This document shows, in pieces, positions 49,767 to 60,283 of a stretch of 64,000 nt of DNA. The DNA lies in contig CP166615.1 of assembly GCA_041937175.2 (NCBI GenBank), positions 1,344,001-1,408,000 on the forward strand, written 5' to 3'. Within the stretch, counting starts at the first letter, position 1, and the number at the start of each line of letters is the position of its first letter. The notes under the pieces are model-generated. The model was not told the origin of the DNA and did not search any database. It saw nothing but the letters and a program-made list of their open reading frames with translations. The position numbers and the translations under genes are program-made. The DNA comes from Limnothrix sp. BL-A-16 (GTDB lineage Bacteria > Cyanobacteriota > Cyanobacteriia > CACIAM-69d).

Positions 49767-50960
49767 ATGTCCGTCACCGGTTCTACTTTGCCTAAAACCT
49801 TTTTGCTGCTTGGCTCCGGCGAGTTAGGCAAAGAGTTTGCGATCGCGGCCAAGCGTCTGGGCAACCAGGTGATTGCGGTTGATCGCTATGCCAATGCGCC
49901 CGCGATGCAGGTGGCCGACGAGGCAGAGGTCATCTCAATGTTGGATGGGGATGCGCTGGAGTCGATCGTCACGAAGCATCGTCCAGATTTCATCGTTCCG
50001 GAAATTGAAGCGATTCGCACCGAAAAGCTCGCGGAATTTGAAGCTCGCGGAATCACCGTTATTCCAACGGCCGCCGCCACCCACTACACCATGAACCGCG
50101 ATCGAATCCGGGACTTGGCGGCGGGCGAGTTGGGGGTGCGCACGGCTCGCTATGGCTATGCGGCCACCTTGGCGGAATTGCAGGCCGTGGCGGCGGAGAT
50201 TGGCTTTCCGAATGTGGTGAAGCCGGTGATGTCTTCGTCAGGCAAGGGCCAATCCGTGGTGCGATCGCCCGAGGAGCTAACCACCGCCTGGCAATACGCC
50301 ACCGAACAGGGGCGCGGTGACCAAGCCAAGGTGATTGTTGAAGAATTTATTCACTTTGAGCTGGAGATCACGCTGCTGACCATTCGGCAGTGGTCGGGGC
50401 CGACGTTGTTTTGTCCCCCGATCGGCCATCGTCAGGAACGCGGTGACTATCAAGAATCCTGGCAACCAGCCCCGATCGCCCCAGAACTGTTGAAACAGGC
50501 CCAGTCGATCGCCCAGCGGGTGACGGAGGCCCTGGGCGGCGCGGGCATTTTTGGGGTGGAATTTTTCATCACGCCTGACGCTGCCATTTTTTCTGAGCTG
50601 TCACCCCGCCCCCACGACACGGGCATGGTTACCTTGGTCTCCCAAAACCTGAATGAGTTTGAGTTGCACCTGCGGGCCATTTTGGGGTTGCCCATCCCAG
50701 AAATTACGGTTTACGAGCCGGCTGCGAGTGCTGCCATTTTGGCCAATCGCCAGTCAGATCCCGCAGAGTCGGTGGTCTATGACGGGTTGGCGGAAGCCCT
50801 GATGGAGCCGGGCACAGATGTTCGGTTGTTTGGCAAACCCAGCACCCGTCAATACCGGCGAATGGGGGTGGCCCTGGCGCGAGCTGACTCGATCGACCAG
50901 GCCCGGGCCAAGGCAAATCGAGTGGCGCGATCAGTTCAAGTCAACCTGACAGGGCTATAG
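49767..50960 (+). CDS. purT: Formate-dependent phosphoribosylglycinamide formyltransferase
   Basis: [23 protein letters not shown] and [10 protein letters not shown]. Confidence 0.97.
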   Translation: MSVTGSTLPKTFLLLGSGELGKEFAIAAKRLGNQVIAVDRYANAPAMQVADEAEVISMLDGDALESIVTKHRPDFIVPEIEAIRTEKLAEFEARGITVIPTAAATHYTMNRDRIRDLAAGELGVRTARYGYAATLAELQAVAAEIGFPNVVKPVMSSSGKGQSVVRSPEELTTAWQYATEQGRGDQAKVIVEEFIHFELEITLLTIRQWSGPTLFCPPIGHRQERGDYQESWQPAPIAPELLKQAQSIAQRVTEALGGAGIFGVEFFITPDAAIFSELSPRPHDTGMVTLVSQNLNEFELHLRAILGLPIPEITVYEPAASAAILANRQSDPAESVVYDGLAEALMEPGTDVRLFGKPSTRQYRRMGVALARADSIDQARAKANRVARSVQVNLTGL

Positions 50961-51263
50961 GGAGCCGACGGGGCCGCTGAATATGCTGCTGGAGCGATCA
51001 CCCCAGCGGCCAGCGACGATCGCTCCCCGAGGTCAGCCAGAGCTGAGGCCCCAACCGGTTTTCGATTGCGTTTTCTGGAGTCCAGTGTTTTTGCAAGGAG
51101 AATCTCGGTATGATGAGGGCGATCGTCCAAACGCATCCTCAAAAATCTTGAGAAATGTTGGCCGCTGTGGTTTTGGGACTCGCTCATTGTTGAAAAACCT
51201 TCAGCCCCATTCGGCCGCTTTTAAGTCAAGCCATCTTTAGGTTAAGCCGCCAATCAATTCTTG

Positions 51264-51320
51264 TTTCAATGCTGGTCATTTCTGCGCTAATTTCAATGCT
51301 GGTCATTTCTGCGCTAATTT
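51264..51320. repeat. Perfect 27-bp tandem duplication
   Basis: TTTCAATGCTGGTCATTTCTGCGCTAA at 51264 and 51291. Confidence 0.9.
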
Positions 51321-51707
51321 GTGGCCTTTCAATCCGATGCTATGGAAGACCCAACTAATCAACCCATCCAATGAATTGCATCAGTCCGGTTGAATTAGCC
51401 TGAGCGAATTAGCCTGACTAAATTAGCCCAATGAAACTAGCTTGATTAGACTGGCTTGCTTGAATTAGATTAAGTTCGTGTTCCGCCTGTGATTCAGTTC
51501 GCGATTCAAGGGGGGGATCCTAGCCAAATCACAGACCAACTACAGATCAATAGCAGATCAACAGCAGATCAATATCGGTGTTGCCCATCTAATTGCAGTT
51601 GAAATTGAATTTTTTGGGGTTTGTTTCAGATTTTTTGCGCAGCCAACTCCGTTGTTTGAAGACGGAAGGCCGGTCAACCTCCCTAACAGACATTTGTAGC
51701 CTGCACC

Positions 51708-52868
51708 ATGTTGGAGTTTTTGCGTCCAGATTTGGTTGAGTTTGTCGCCTATCAGGCTCACCCGGGGGGAGAGTTACCCACGGGCGTTGAGATTGATCGT
51801 CTGGACACCAATGAATGTCCCTATCAGTTGCCGGAAGCGCTGAAAGAAAAACTCTGCTTAACCTATCAGAACCTGATTGAAACCAACCGTTACCCGGGAG
51901 GCGATCATACGGACCTGAAGCGGGCGATCGCCCAGTACGTGAATGAAGCCTGCTCGGCCATTGCCAACGGCACGGCGGAGGCGATCGCCCCTGGGCAAAT
52001 TTCCGTGGGGAATGGCTCGGATGAATTAATTCGATCGATCCTGATTGCCACCTGTGTGGGCGGTCGTGGTCGTGTGTTGGTGGCCCAGCCCACCTTTGGC
52101 ATGTATGGGATTTTGGCCCAAACCCTGGGAATTCCGGTGGAGCGGGTGGGCCGATCGCCCAAAACCTTTGAAATTGACCTGGATGCCGCGCGTCAAGTCA
52201 TTGCCCAAGCACAACTGACCCCCTCGCCCGTGCGGGTGGTGTGGATGGTGCACCCCAACTCTCCCACTGCCAACGCTCTGACGACAGCGGAACTCAACTG
52301 GCTGCGGGGACTGCCATCCAATATTTTGGTGGTGATTGACGAAGCCTATTTTGAATTCAGCCGTCGCACCGTGGTGGGTGAACTGCAAGCGCGGCCCAAC
52401 TGGGTGGTGTTGCGGACGTTCTCGAAAGCGTTTCGATTGGCGGCCCATCGGGTCGGTTACGCGATCGCCAATCCCGAGTTGTCCGCCATCTTGGAAAAGG
52501 TGCGCCTACCCTACAACCTGCCCAGTTTTACCCAAGCGGCCGCCCTCGCTGCGTTGGCCCACCGTCGAGATCTGTTGGCGATCGTTCCAGAGATTTTGAC
52601 GGAGCGCGATCGATTGCTCCAGCAGTTGCGGGCCCTGCCAGGATTGGAACTGTGGGATAGCCAAGCGAATTTTCTTTACGCTCGCCTGAAGGGAGCCGCC
52701 AACACCGATGAAGCCATGGCTCATCTGGTGCAGCAGCTTAAGCAGCAGGGAACCCTAATTCGTCACACAGGAGGCGGATTGCGCATTACCGTGGGCACCC
52801 CGGCGGAAAATGCGCGTACGGTCGATCGAATGCGGGTGGCGTTGGCGCAAACTGTCGCCTCCCGCTAG
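51708..52868 (+). CDS. hisC: Histidinol-phosphate aminotransferase
   Basis: LDTNE, GNGSDE, PNSPT, DEAYFEF and [16 protein letters not shown]. Confidence 0.93.
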   Translation: MLEFLRPDLVEFVAYQAHPGGELPTGVEIDRLDTNECPYQLPEALKEKLCLTYQNLIETNRYPGGDHTDLKRAIAQYVNEACSAIANGTAEAIAPGQISVGNGSDELIRSILIATCVGGRGRVLVAQPTFGMYGILAQTLGIPVERVGRSPKTFEIDLDAARQVIAQAQLTPSPVRVVWMVHPNSPTANALTTAELNWLRGLPSNILVVIDEAYFEFSRRTVVGELQARPNWVVLRTFSKAFRLAAHRVGYAIANPELSAILEKVRLPYNLPSFTQAAALAALAHRRDLLAIVPEILTERDRLLQQLRALPGLELWDSQANFLYARLKGAANTDEAMAHLVQQLKQQGTLIRHTGGGLRITVGTPAENARTVDRMRVALAQTVASR

Positions 52869-53000
52869 GCTATCGGGCTGAAATTGGCTGAACCGTGCTG
52901 AAAAAATTTGCAGCAAAAGCGCTTCTCCCCGATCGGTTGGCGGGAAGCACTTTTTCAGAAGCCAGATTTTAGCAGCCAGGTTTTAGGAACCAGAACAAGT

Positions 53001-53092
53001 CTCATCAATCATCGAAGACAAGGGGCTTCAGCCCCTTGCCCCACGGCTATTCGTGCTTTGCAAGTCCCTCAAGTTGCTTCTCAGACACTCGC
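53001..53092 (-). mobile_element. Partial inverted copy of the 41415 MITE
   Basis: GAAGACAAGGGGCTTCAGCCCCTTGCCCCACGGCTATT...CTTCTCAGACACTCGC|TTA parallels the reverse complement of 41415-41508. Confidence 0.7.
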
Positions 53093-53126
53093 TTAGAAGC
53101 TGGATGAAATCTCACTTATATCAGAC

Positions 53127-54404
53127 TTAATTGCCGTAATTCCACCGGGCCCGATATCCCCGATTATCCACATGGGTGAAGGTGGAGCCATACCCCAGGC
53201 CGCCTTCCCACCAAGGATCCAAAATCCGCTGCACCGCTTGGGGCGAAAGACCCTCCACCACAAAATCCACCCCATGGCCTCGCATGTGGGTTGAGTTGGA
53301 AGCGCCGCCCACGGCCCGGTTCACCGCTGGCGGTCGATACCAACTGGTGATGGTGATGGCGCGATCGCCCAATTTGGTGCGAATTCGCTGCATCTGTTGA
53401 GCCATCCGCACAATGTTGCGGGCAATTTCTTCCGATTCAGGAAGTCTGGTGCCGTCCTTAGTCGCTTCTCCCCAGAAAAAGGAACCGTTCGGCACAATTG
53501 GATCACGGGTTCCCACCACCCCATAGCCAGGGATCCGAATGGCGGGGCCGCGGGAAGGTGCTGGGCTAGGACTGGGCGCGGGCTGAGGTGCGGGCGCAGG
53601 AGCAGGCCTTGGGGCGGGGGCAGGAGTCGGGGCGGGGCTAGGAGCGGGAGCCGGGGCAGGGCTAGGAGCCGGACTGGCCGAAAGCAACTGATCGGCATCA
53701 ATTAAATCCACATGGCCGGCAAACACAAACCAAGTTTGGCGATCGCTCACCGGCTCACTAAGCTGCACCTGATAGTGGCTGCCCGATCGACTGATGGCCC
53801 GAATCCGAAAATCGCCCGGTGCTACAGACACCTCTTCATCATCCTTGAGTTCTGCGGAAGAGACGGGGCGTTGCTTAAAGATGGTGGGCACTTTGACCCG
53901 AATTTTGGGCAGAGGCGGAAAATTAGTTGCGTCCTTTGGCGGCGGGTAGGGCGGCACGTTCAACAACTCAATGTGCCCCTTAAACACGACCCAATTTTTG
54001 CGATCGCGCAGGGGCTGCATCAACACCACGCTCAGGTGGGAATCGGGCGCTTCTTCGTAGCTTTCAAGGGGAAACTCACCCCGGGCCACGCTCAACTTTT
54101 CCGCGCTGCTCAGGGCCGAAGACAGGGCCACACGGGTTTTAAAAACGGTTTCGCTCTTGACAACCAGGGTGGGGACGGCGGCAATTTCCAAGTGATCTTT
54201 AAATATGAACCACTCTTGACGATTCCCGATCGGCTCAATCAGGGTCACCCGATAGTGATTTCCTTCCAAGACGGCCGCCTGTACCGTGAGTTCGCGGGGG
54301 GCAACCGAGAGTTTTTCTGCGGTTGGCAGTTCACTCGACGAGACTGGCCGGCTTTTGAAGATCGTGGGTTGAACGATTTTCAGCTTCACCATAGGTTGCA
54401 CCAC
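53127..54404 (-). CDS. Peptidase M15A-like (Zn D-Ala-D-Ala) protein with three N-terminal repeats
   Basis: ITSWYRP..N..VGGA..S.H..G.GVD and FTHVDNRG; 3x T.FK.R...S..L repeats; PA-rich linker. Confidence 0.88.
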   Translation of the reverse strand: MVQPMVKLKIVQPTIFKSRPVSSSELPTAEKLSVAPRELTVQAAVLEGNHYRVTLIEPIGNRQEWFIFKDHLEIAAVPTLVVKSETVFKTRVALSSALSSAEKLSVARGEFPLESYEEAPDSHLSVVLMQPLRDRKNWVVFKGHIELLNVPPYPPPKDATNFPPLPKIRVKVPTIFKQRPVSSAELKDDEEVSVAPGDFRIRAISRSGSHYQVQLSEPVSDRQTWFVFAGHVDLIDADQLLSASPAPSPAPAPAPSPAPTPAPAPRPAPAPAPQPAPSPSPAPSRGPAIRIPGYGVVGTRDPIVPNGSFFWGEATKDGTRLPESEEIARNIVRMAQQMQRIRTKLGDRAITITSWYRPPAVNRAVGGASNSTHMRGHGVDFVVEGLSPQAVQRILDPWWEGGLGYGSTFTHVDNRGYRARWNYGN

Positions 54405-54625
54405 ACCGAAATACAGCGCCCAGTTATCGTGAACTGGTTGCAGTTACTTGGACATGCTAGCCATCAATGGGTTGGATGGCTTGAAGCTTCAAGGATTTTT
54501 ACGAATTTTGCCACTCTCGTTGCTCGATCGCCATGGGGCTTCAGCCCTCGATCGCTTGGATTGGCCCTAGCAACTCATGCGCGGTGTCTACCCCATGCTG
54601 ATCATTGGTTTAGGCCAGCTCAACG

Positions 54626-55996
54626 TTAGTAGTCATAGCTGCTGCCGCCGAGGCCGCTGGGGGGCGCAATTCGGGGATCCGGCGCGATCGCCAGCCATAG
54701 GGGAAACTGCAACAACGAAAGGCTAATGCGGCCGTCGGACTCATCCACCACAATGAACGGCACGCCACCGCCCCGCTGGATTCGATCGGCCCGTTGCGCC
54801 AAGGGATCCGGGGACTCAAATAGCATCACGCCCTGTTCGGCTCCGAAGTCAGCGCGGGAAATGCCCAGGGAATCTTGCAGGCCGCGCCGCCAGTCGCCCA
54901 GTCGCTCGGGACTGTCGATCAGGATCAGGGTTCGGAGTCGATCGCCATGGATGGCCCGCAGCACGGAGATGGTGGCGGAAACCACCAGGATGTTTTGGAG
55001 GCGGCTGCCCATGGTGCGCAGGGCCCCTCGACCGCTGAGGTCAAAAAACCACTGACTGACCCGATCGGCATGAACCTGCTCAAAGGTGCGCCGCAAACGC
55101 CACGGGGGGCCGTAATAGTCCGGCCGGGTGCGATATCGCTCGAGAATTTGCTCAATTTTGCGACGATCGCCCTGAAATTGCCCCTCGATCGCAGTGGGTG
55201 GCGTGGGGGTCGATCGCTCCGGAGTCGGGGCTGGAGTTGGGGCGGGCGGCGGCGCAAAGGATAATTCCTCAGCGGCGGCCACCAACTCTTGCAAACTACC
55301 CACCAGGTAGTCCTTAAACCCCTGAACCCTGGCGGCAACGTTTTGGGATGCACCGGCAAAGGTGCTTTTCATTTCCTGGCGAATGCGTTCCTGACGGCGC
55401 TCCAGTTGCTCAATGCTGGCGGTCAGGTTTTGGCGGCGCTGTTCCAGCTCGGCGGTTCCCAAGCTGAGAATGCGGCTGAGGTCGCGACGGGCTTGGGCAA
55501 TTTCCGCCAGCAGTTGATCTCGCTGGGTCTGGAGATCGGCCACGCGATCGGCCAGGGATTGGGCAGCCGAGTTGGTACTTGCATCTAGCTCTGGGTCTAG
55601 ATTTGGAGTTGAACTTTGATCGGGATCGGGGTCTGCACTTGAAGTGGCTGCTGGCGTTGCCCGATCGGGGCTGTCCGCCGGAGGCGCTGCCGACTCTGAA
55701 GCCGTGACGATCGGGGCCGGAGCCACCGGGGAGCTGTCGATCGGGGATTGTGAGTCGATCGTTTCCGGTGTCGCGGCCGGTTCCGGTGGGGGGGAAGCCT
55801 CGGGAGCCGAATTGGCGATCAATTCCCCTGCTGCTGTGCTCGATCGATCCGCCGAGCTGACCGGTGTTTCGGCCGCCGCCGCTTCTCCCACCTGGGGCAA
55901 TGGGGCAGGGGTGGGCAACGGTTCATCGTCCCAGTTGGTTTCCGAGGGGCGATCGATCGATTCGGACAGATCAGCAATATCAGACATTTCAAGCAC
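54626..55996 (-). CDS. DUF3086 family protein
   Basis: Coiled coil, FAGASQ..A.RVQGFKDYLVGSLQ, PDYYGPPW and FPLWLA. Confidence 0.88.
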   Translation of the reverse strand: MLEMSDIADLSESIDRPSETNWDDEPLPTPAPLPQVGEAAAAETPVSSADRSSTAAGELIANSAPEASPPPEPAATPETIDSQSPIDSSPVAPAPIVTASESAAPPADSPDRATPAATSSADPDPDQSSTPNLDPELDASTNSAAQSLADRVADLQTQRDQLLAEIAQARRDLSRILSLGTAELEQRRQNLTASIEQLERRQERIRQEMKSTFAGASQNVAARVQGFKDYLVGSLQELVAAAEELSFAPPPAPTPAPTPERSTPTPPTAIEGQFQGDRRKIEQILERYRTRPDYYGPPWRLRRTFEQVHADRVSQWFFDLSGRGALRTMGSRLQNILVVSATISVLRAIHGDRLRTLILIDSPERLGDWRRGLQDSLGISRADFGAEQGVMLFESPDPLAQRADRIQRGGGVPFIVVDESDGRISLSLLQFPLWLAIAPDPRIAPPSGLGGSSYDY

Positions 55997-56188
55997 TAGA
56001 TTGCAAACAGTGGAACGCTCAAGGGGAACAACACCGAGCGTTTAAACCTTGGCCGCCATCATCCCAGTTCCTTGAACGATTATGATTCGTAACTCCACCC
56101 GATTTTCGGTCGGGTTTCCCGAAAGCGACCGAATCCCGCTCAATCGCCCCCAGAAATTTCCCCAGCGCTCGATCGTGCCACAGCGGCC

Positions 56189-56656
56189 CTATTGCCAAGA
56201 GCGGCGCTTGGGCAGTTGTTTTGCTTCCAAACAGGCCCGCAAGAGCTTGGGATCAAACAAAATGGGCAGGAAATGCAGGCTTTTCACTTCCTTGAAATAG
56301 AACAAAGTCGGTAGGTAGTACCAAAAGATATCCCAGTTTTCCCAATCCTGGTAAGGAAAGCGCCGAATCAGCTTGTCGCCCCGGTAAATGTCCAAAGCCG
56401 TTGCCGTGAACAACAGCCGCAGGGTGGCCGCTTGTAGGGTCAAAAATGCTGAAAACGCCGCCAGTGCCAGCGCCGCCAACAAATTCCAAGCCAAAAACAG
56501 AATCGAAATGGCCGCCAAACCCGTGGGCAACACAAAATCCGGCGGGAGTTCAATCACCTCCGAATCGGGCAGCGAGCCAGCGGTGGTTTCCTCGGGGCCG
56601 ATCGGGGACAGATCGGGCGACTGGACAGCGGATGGGGTTGCGTTGGGTTCAGACAT
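56189..56656 (-). CDS. DUF3119 family membrane protein
   Basis: IRRFPYQDW.NW.IFW and LFYFKEVKSLHFLPILFD. Confidence 0.88.
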   Translation of the reverse strand: MSEPNATPSAVQSPDLSPIGPEETTAGSLPDSEVIELPPDFVLPTGLAAISILFLAWNLLAALALAAFSAFLTLQAATLRLLFTATALDIYRGDKLIRRFPYQDWENWDIFWYYLPTLFYFKEVKSLHFLPILFDPKLLRACLEAKQLPKRRSWQ

Positions 56657-57061
56657 ACTTGGGCGATCGCGAGTTGGGATCAGTTGGGACGCGAGTTGGA
56701 ATTAATTAGAATCAATTGGGATCAATTGAGATCAAAAAGATACAGCAATAGTTCTGGAATAGCTCTGGGTATGGCTCTGGGGTTGCTCCAGGCCGCTTTG
56801 GCATTGGGCGCAACCATTCCAACGCGGCGAAACGCGGCGATTGGATGACCACGAACAGCGGTCGCTGTCCCATTCTAAGAGGATGTCCGAAACGACGCGA
56901 TCGATCCTGCGATTCACCCCTGATCTGTGATTCATGCGCCGGTTATCAGCGCATTTCTCAGCACACCTTTCAGCCCCTTTCTCCGCAAATTTACGGCAAC
57001 GACACCCACCCGATCGCCCTGTTACCCTGAAAGACAGGAAGCGTTGGGGAAGCGGTGAGCA

Positions 57062-57589
57062 ATGGAAACAGCAGTCGATCGAGTGGCGAACCCTACAGCG
57101 ATCGCGCCGGGAACTGAGACACAAGCGCCCAGGGTTGGTTTAGGACTGGGAACCCTACGACAAGTGCATCATATTGCCCTCAACGTTCAAGATATGCAGG
57201 CCTCTCGCCACTTTTACGGCTTCCTGTTGGGTCTGGAGGAGTTGACGGGCGATCGGGTTCCCAGCACTCTCAAATCCCTGGTGGCGGCGGGCAAGGTTGC
57301 CAACTTTCTGCTCCCCGATGGCTTGATTTTGGATTTGTTTTGGGAGCCAGACCTCCAACCACCGCACCCAGATCCGGATCAGCAATTCACCCGCGCCAAT
57401 CATTTGGCCTTTGATATTGCCCCAGAACTGTTCGATCGCGCCCTTGCCGTCCTTCAGCAGCACCAAGTGGCGATCGCCCATGGGCCCGTCACTCGCCCCA
57501 CCGGTCGCGGCGTTTACTTTTACGACCCTGACGGATTCATGGTAGAAATTCGCTGTGATCCGGATCCAAAGTCTTCGGAGTCCAGTTAA
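57062..57589 (+). CDS. VOC/glyoxalase family protein
   Basis: VHHIALNV, HLAFDI and YFYDPDG..VE. Confidence 0.9.
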   Translation: METAVDRVANPTAIAPGTETQAPRVGLGLGTLRQVHHIALNVQDMQASRHFYGFLLGLEELTGDRVPSTLKSLVAAGKVANFLLPDGLILDLFWEPDLQPPHPDPDQQFTRANHLAFDIAPELFDRALAVLQQHQVAIAHGPVTRPTGRGVYFYDPDGFMVEIRCDPDPKSSESS

Positions 57590-57697
57590 AAAATCACCGT
57601 TGTTGCATTCACCCTTCGCCCCATCTTTGAACCCAATTTTAAAACTCAATTTCAAAACCCAGTTTCATAAGCCAGTTTCATAAGCCAATTTCGGAAG

Positions 57698-58702
57698 ATG
57701 TCTGAAAAGATCAAACAGACACCTGAATATAGCCATTACTTTCAAGCAAAAACCATGACTAATCTGCAAAATTCGACCGATCGAGCTACTCAATTTTATG
57801 ATTGGCAAGGCTATCGCTGTAGCTATGACCAATGGGGAACGGCCCAACCGAACCAGCCAGTTTTGCTGTTAATTCACCCGATCGGGGTTGGCCTATCGCG
57901 ACACTTTTGGAAGCGGTTCATTAATGCTTGGGGGCGATCGGGCAGTGCCTTAGCCATTTTTAATCCAGACCTGTTGGGTTGTGGGGATGCGGCCAAGCCT
58001 CGTTATGCCCTGTATCCAGAAGATTGGGCTGATCAACTGCTGTATTTTGTGAAAACGGTGGTGCAGCGGCCAGTGATTTTGGTGGTGCAGGGGGCGCTGT
58101 TTCCTGTGGCGATCGAGATGGTGGAGCGATCGACCAATGCCAACAATGCCAACGGGGCGATCGATATTCGCGGTCTGATTCTCTCGGGGCCACCTGCTTG
58201 GCAAGTGATGGCCGAAGTTGCACCCAAATGGCAACAAAAACTGCTCTGGAATGGGCTGTTTGACTCTTGGATTGGGGCTGCTTTTTTTCAATATGCGAAG
58301 CGGCGGCAATTTCTGAGTTCTTTTTCGGCAAAACAGCTTTTCGCTTCCTTGCCAGACATTGACGAAGAATGGCTTTTCATGCTGGATCAAGGTGCTGCGG
58401 ATCCGGCCAGTCGCCATGCGGTTTTTGCGTTTCTGGCTCGGTTTTGGCAGAAGGGCTATGCTGAAAAAATTCGCAAAATTCCTTACCCAACCTTGGCCTT
58501 GTTTGGAGAAACCGCCTCTAGCATCAGCAAAAGCGGCAAGCAGGAAAGTCCTGATCAGCGTCTCAATCTTTACCTTGAAAACCTTCCCCAAGGTGAAGGC
58601 TACAAACTTCCAGGACGGAATGTTTTGCCCTATGAATCTACAGCAGCTTTCACCCATGCGGTTTCGGAATTCATCCTTAAACTGCTTGTAAAGATAGATT
58701 GA
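57698..58702 (+). CDS. Alpha/beta hydrolase fold protein
   Basis: LLIHPIGVG, PDLLGCG and PTLALFG; start may be 57755. Confidence 0.85.
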   Translation: MSEKIKQTPEYSHYFQAKTMTNLQNSTDRATQFYDWQGYRCSYDQWGTAQPNQPVLLLIHPIGVGLSRHFWKRFINAWGRSGSALAIFNPDLLGCGDAAKPRYALYPEDWADQLLYFVKTVVQRPVILVVQGALFPVAIEMVERSTNANNANGAIDIRGLILSGPPAWQVMAEVAPKWQQKLLWNGLFDSWIGAAFFQYAKRRQFLSSFSAKQLFASLPDIDEEWLFMLDQGAADPASRHAVFAFLARFWQKGYAEKIRKIPYPTLALFGETASSISKSGKQESPDQRLNLYLENLPQGEGYKLPGRNVLPYESTAAFTHAVSEFILKLLVKID

Positions 58703-58920
58703 CTGGAAGAGAATAAAAACTAAATCAATCGATAATTAAGCCAACTCGTTTCTACTCATCGTTATTCTGAACAGAATAGAGGGAAGCAGTGAGATGGTCG
58801 ATTGCCCAGAATTGATGACAATACTTCGTCATAATTCAGTCATATTGAGCGGTAATAGTCCTTTGTGACGACAAGGGGCGATCGATTTGGCTCATTCCCA
58901 AGCCAATTGAAGTAAATGGG

Positions 58921-59514
58921 GTGAATAACGTCATGGATGCAGATGAACTGTTGGGGCGCTATCGCTTAGGAGAACGGAATTTTCGAGGTGCAGATCTCAG
59001 TGAAGTTAATCTGATTGCGGCTGAGCTACCGGGAATTAATTTGAGCGAAGCCAATTTGGTGTTGGCTAACTTAACCCGTGCGAACTTGAGTGAAGCCAAT
59101 CTGAACGGTGCAAACTTGATTGGGGTGGATTTGATTGGGGTGAATCTCAGCCGAGCTAGCCTCACTTGGGTTAGGGCGATCGGGGCCAACTTTACCGGAG
59201 CCAATTTATCAGCCACTAACTCGATCGAGGCAGTCTTCACCGGGGCGACCTTTGATGGCGCTAATCTTCATCGGCTCTGTGCCTTGGGGGCTGATTTTGT
59301 GGGCGCATCGTTGGTGGGAGTGAACCTACAAGAGGCAAATATTTTGGGAGCTAATTTTGCCGGGGCCGACCTGCACATGGCAAAGCTAGCCGAGTCCAAT
59401 TTCCAAGATGCCTATTGGAAGTCTGCCAAGTTACCTCCCGATTTGATGTTGAAACTACGTCAACATCAGCGCCATCGGATTCATAGTGCTGACACGAGTG
59501 CTGAAACGGCCTAA
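58921..59514 (+). CDS. Pentapeptide repeat protein
   Basis: ELLGRY..GERNF followed by A(N/D)L repeats. Confidence 0.92.
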   Translation: MNNVMDADELLGRYRLGERNFRGADLSEVNLIAAELPGINLSEANLVLANLTRANLSEANLNGANLIGVDLIGVNLSRASLTWVRAIGANFTGANLSATNSIEAVFTGATFDGANLHRLCALGADFVGASLVGVNLQEANILGANFAGADLHMAKLAESNFQDAYWKSAKLPPDLMLKLRQHQRHRIHSADTSAETA

Positions 59515-60283
59515 AGGCGCTTGACTGATTTTTTGGGGTGTGGTTTTCGCTCTGTTCACCAGTTCAAAAAGCAGGCCATAAGCTTGTAATTCAAAAGATC
59601 GATGGCATTGATCAATAATTTCTGGCCCCTGTGAGTGATTGCAAAAATGGCAGAAATTTTGAGTACCATGCCTATTTGAATGTTCAAGGATGCCTGACAG
59701 CCATCAGGGTTTATCTTTTTTGTTTGAAAATTGATCGCAAAATTACAACAAAGTTACGCAATTATTTGAATCTAATTTTCGAGGCTAATTTTTGAATCTA
59801 ATTTTGATGTTTATCTGATATTCGTTAATTCTGATATTTATTAAATTTCTATCATTAAATGATAATGCCTGTGAAGTGATGATTTTCATTGAAGATTACT
59901 GATGCAGTAAGGCTTTCACCTGCTCATCATTACTAAATTACGACACTACCCATTCAATTAAAGAACTATGGATAAGAAATTTAGCGTTTTGGCTGTAATG
60001 CAGAAAATCAGCAATAGAACTTGGCTAGTAATTTAATTGATTGTCTCATCAGCTTTTGAATGGATCCAGAAGCGGATCTTGAACAGCCTGAATCGTCTCT
60101 AAATTTCATAAACAAATGTTCTAGACTGGCCGCGGGGCGTATGGGATCAAATTTTTGCGAAAACTGGGTATGTTGCTTGTTGAGCAGCTCTCCCGAAACT
60201 TCAGCGATTTGATGGCATCTTGATTTTGATTGCGTCTTGATCTCGCTGGATCTGACTCCTACTCACTGCTTGTTGTTCTTACC

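Noticed and set aside
53712..54629. 305-aa plus-strand ORF
   Set aside because: Antisense to the M15A peptidase; no motifs.
56732..57124. 130-aa minus-strand ORF
   Set aside because: Built from low-complexity intergenic repeats and overlaps the VOC gene start.
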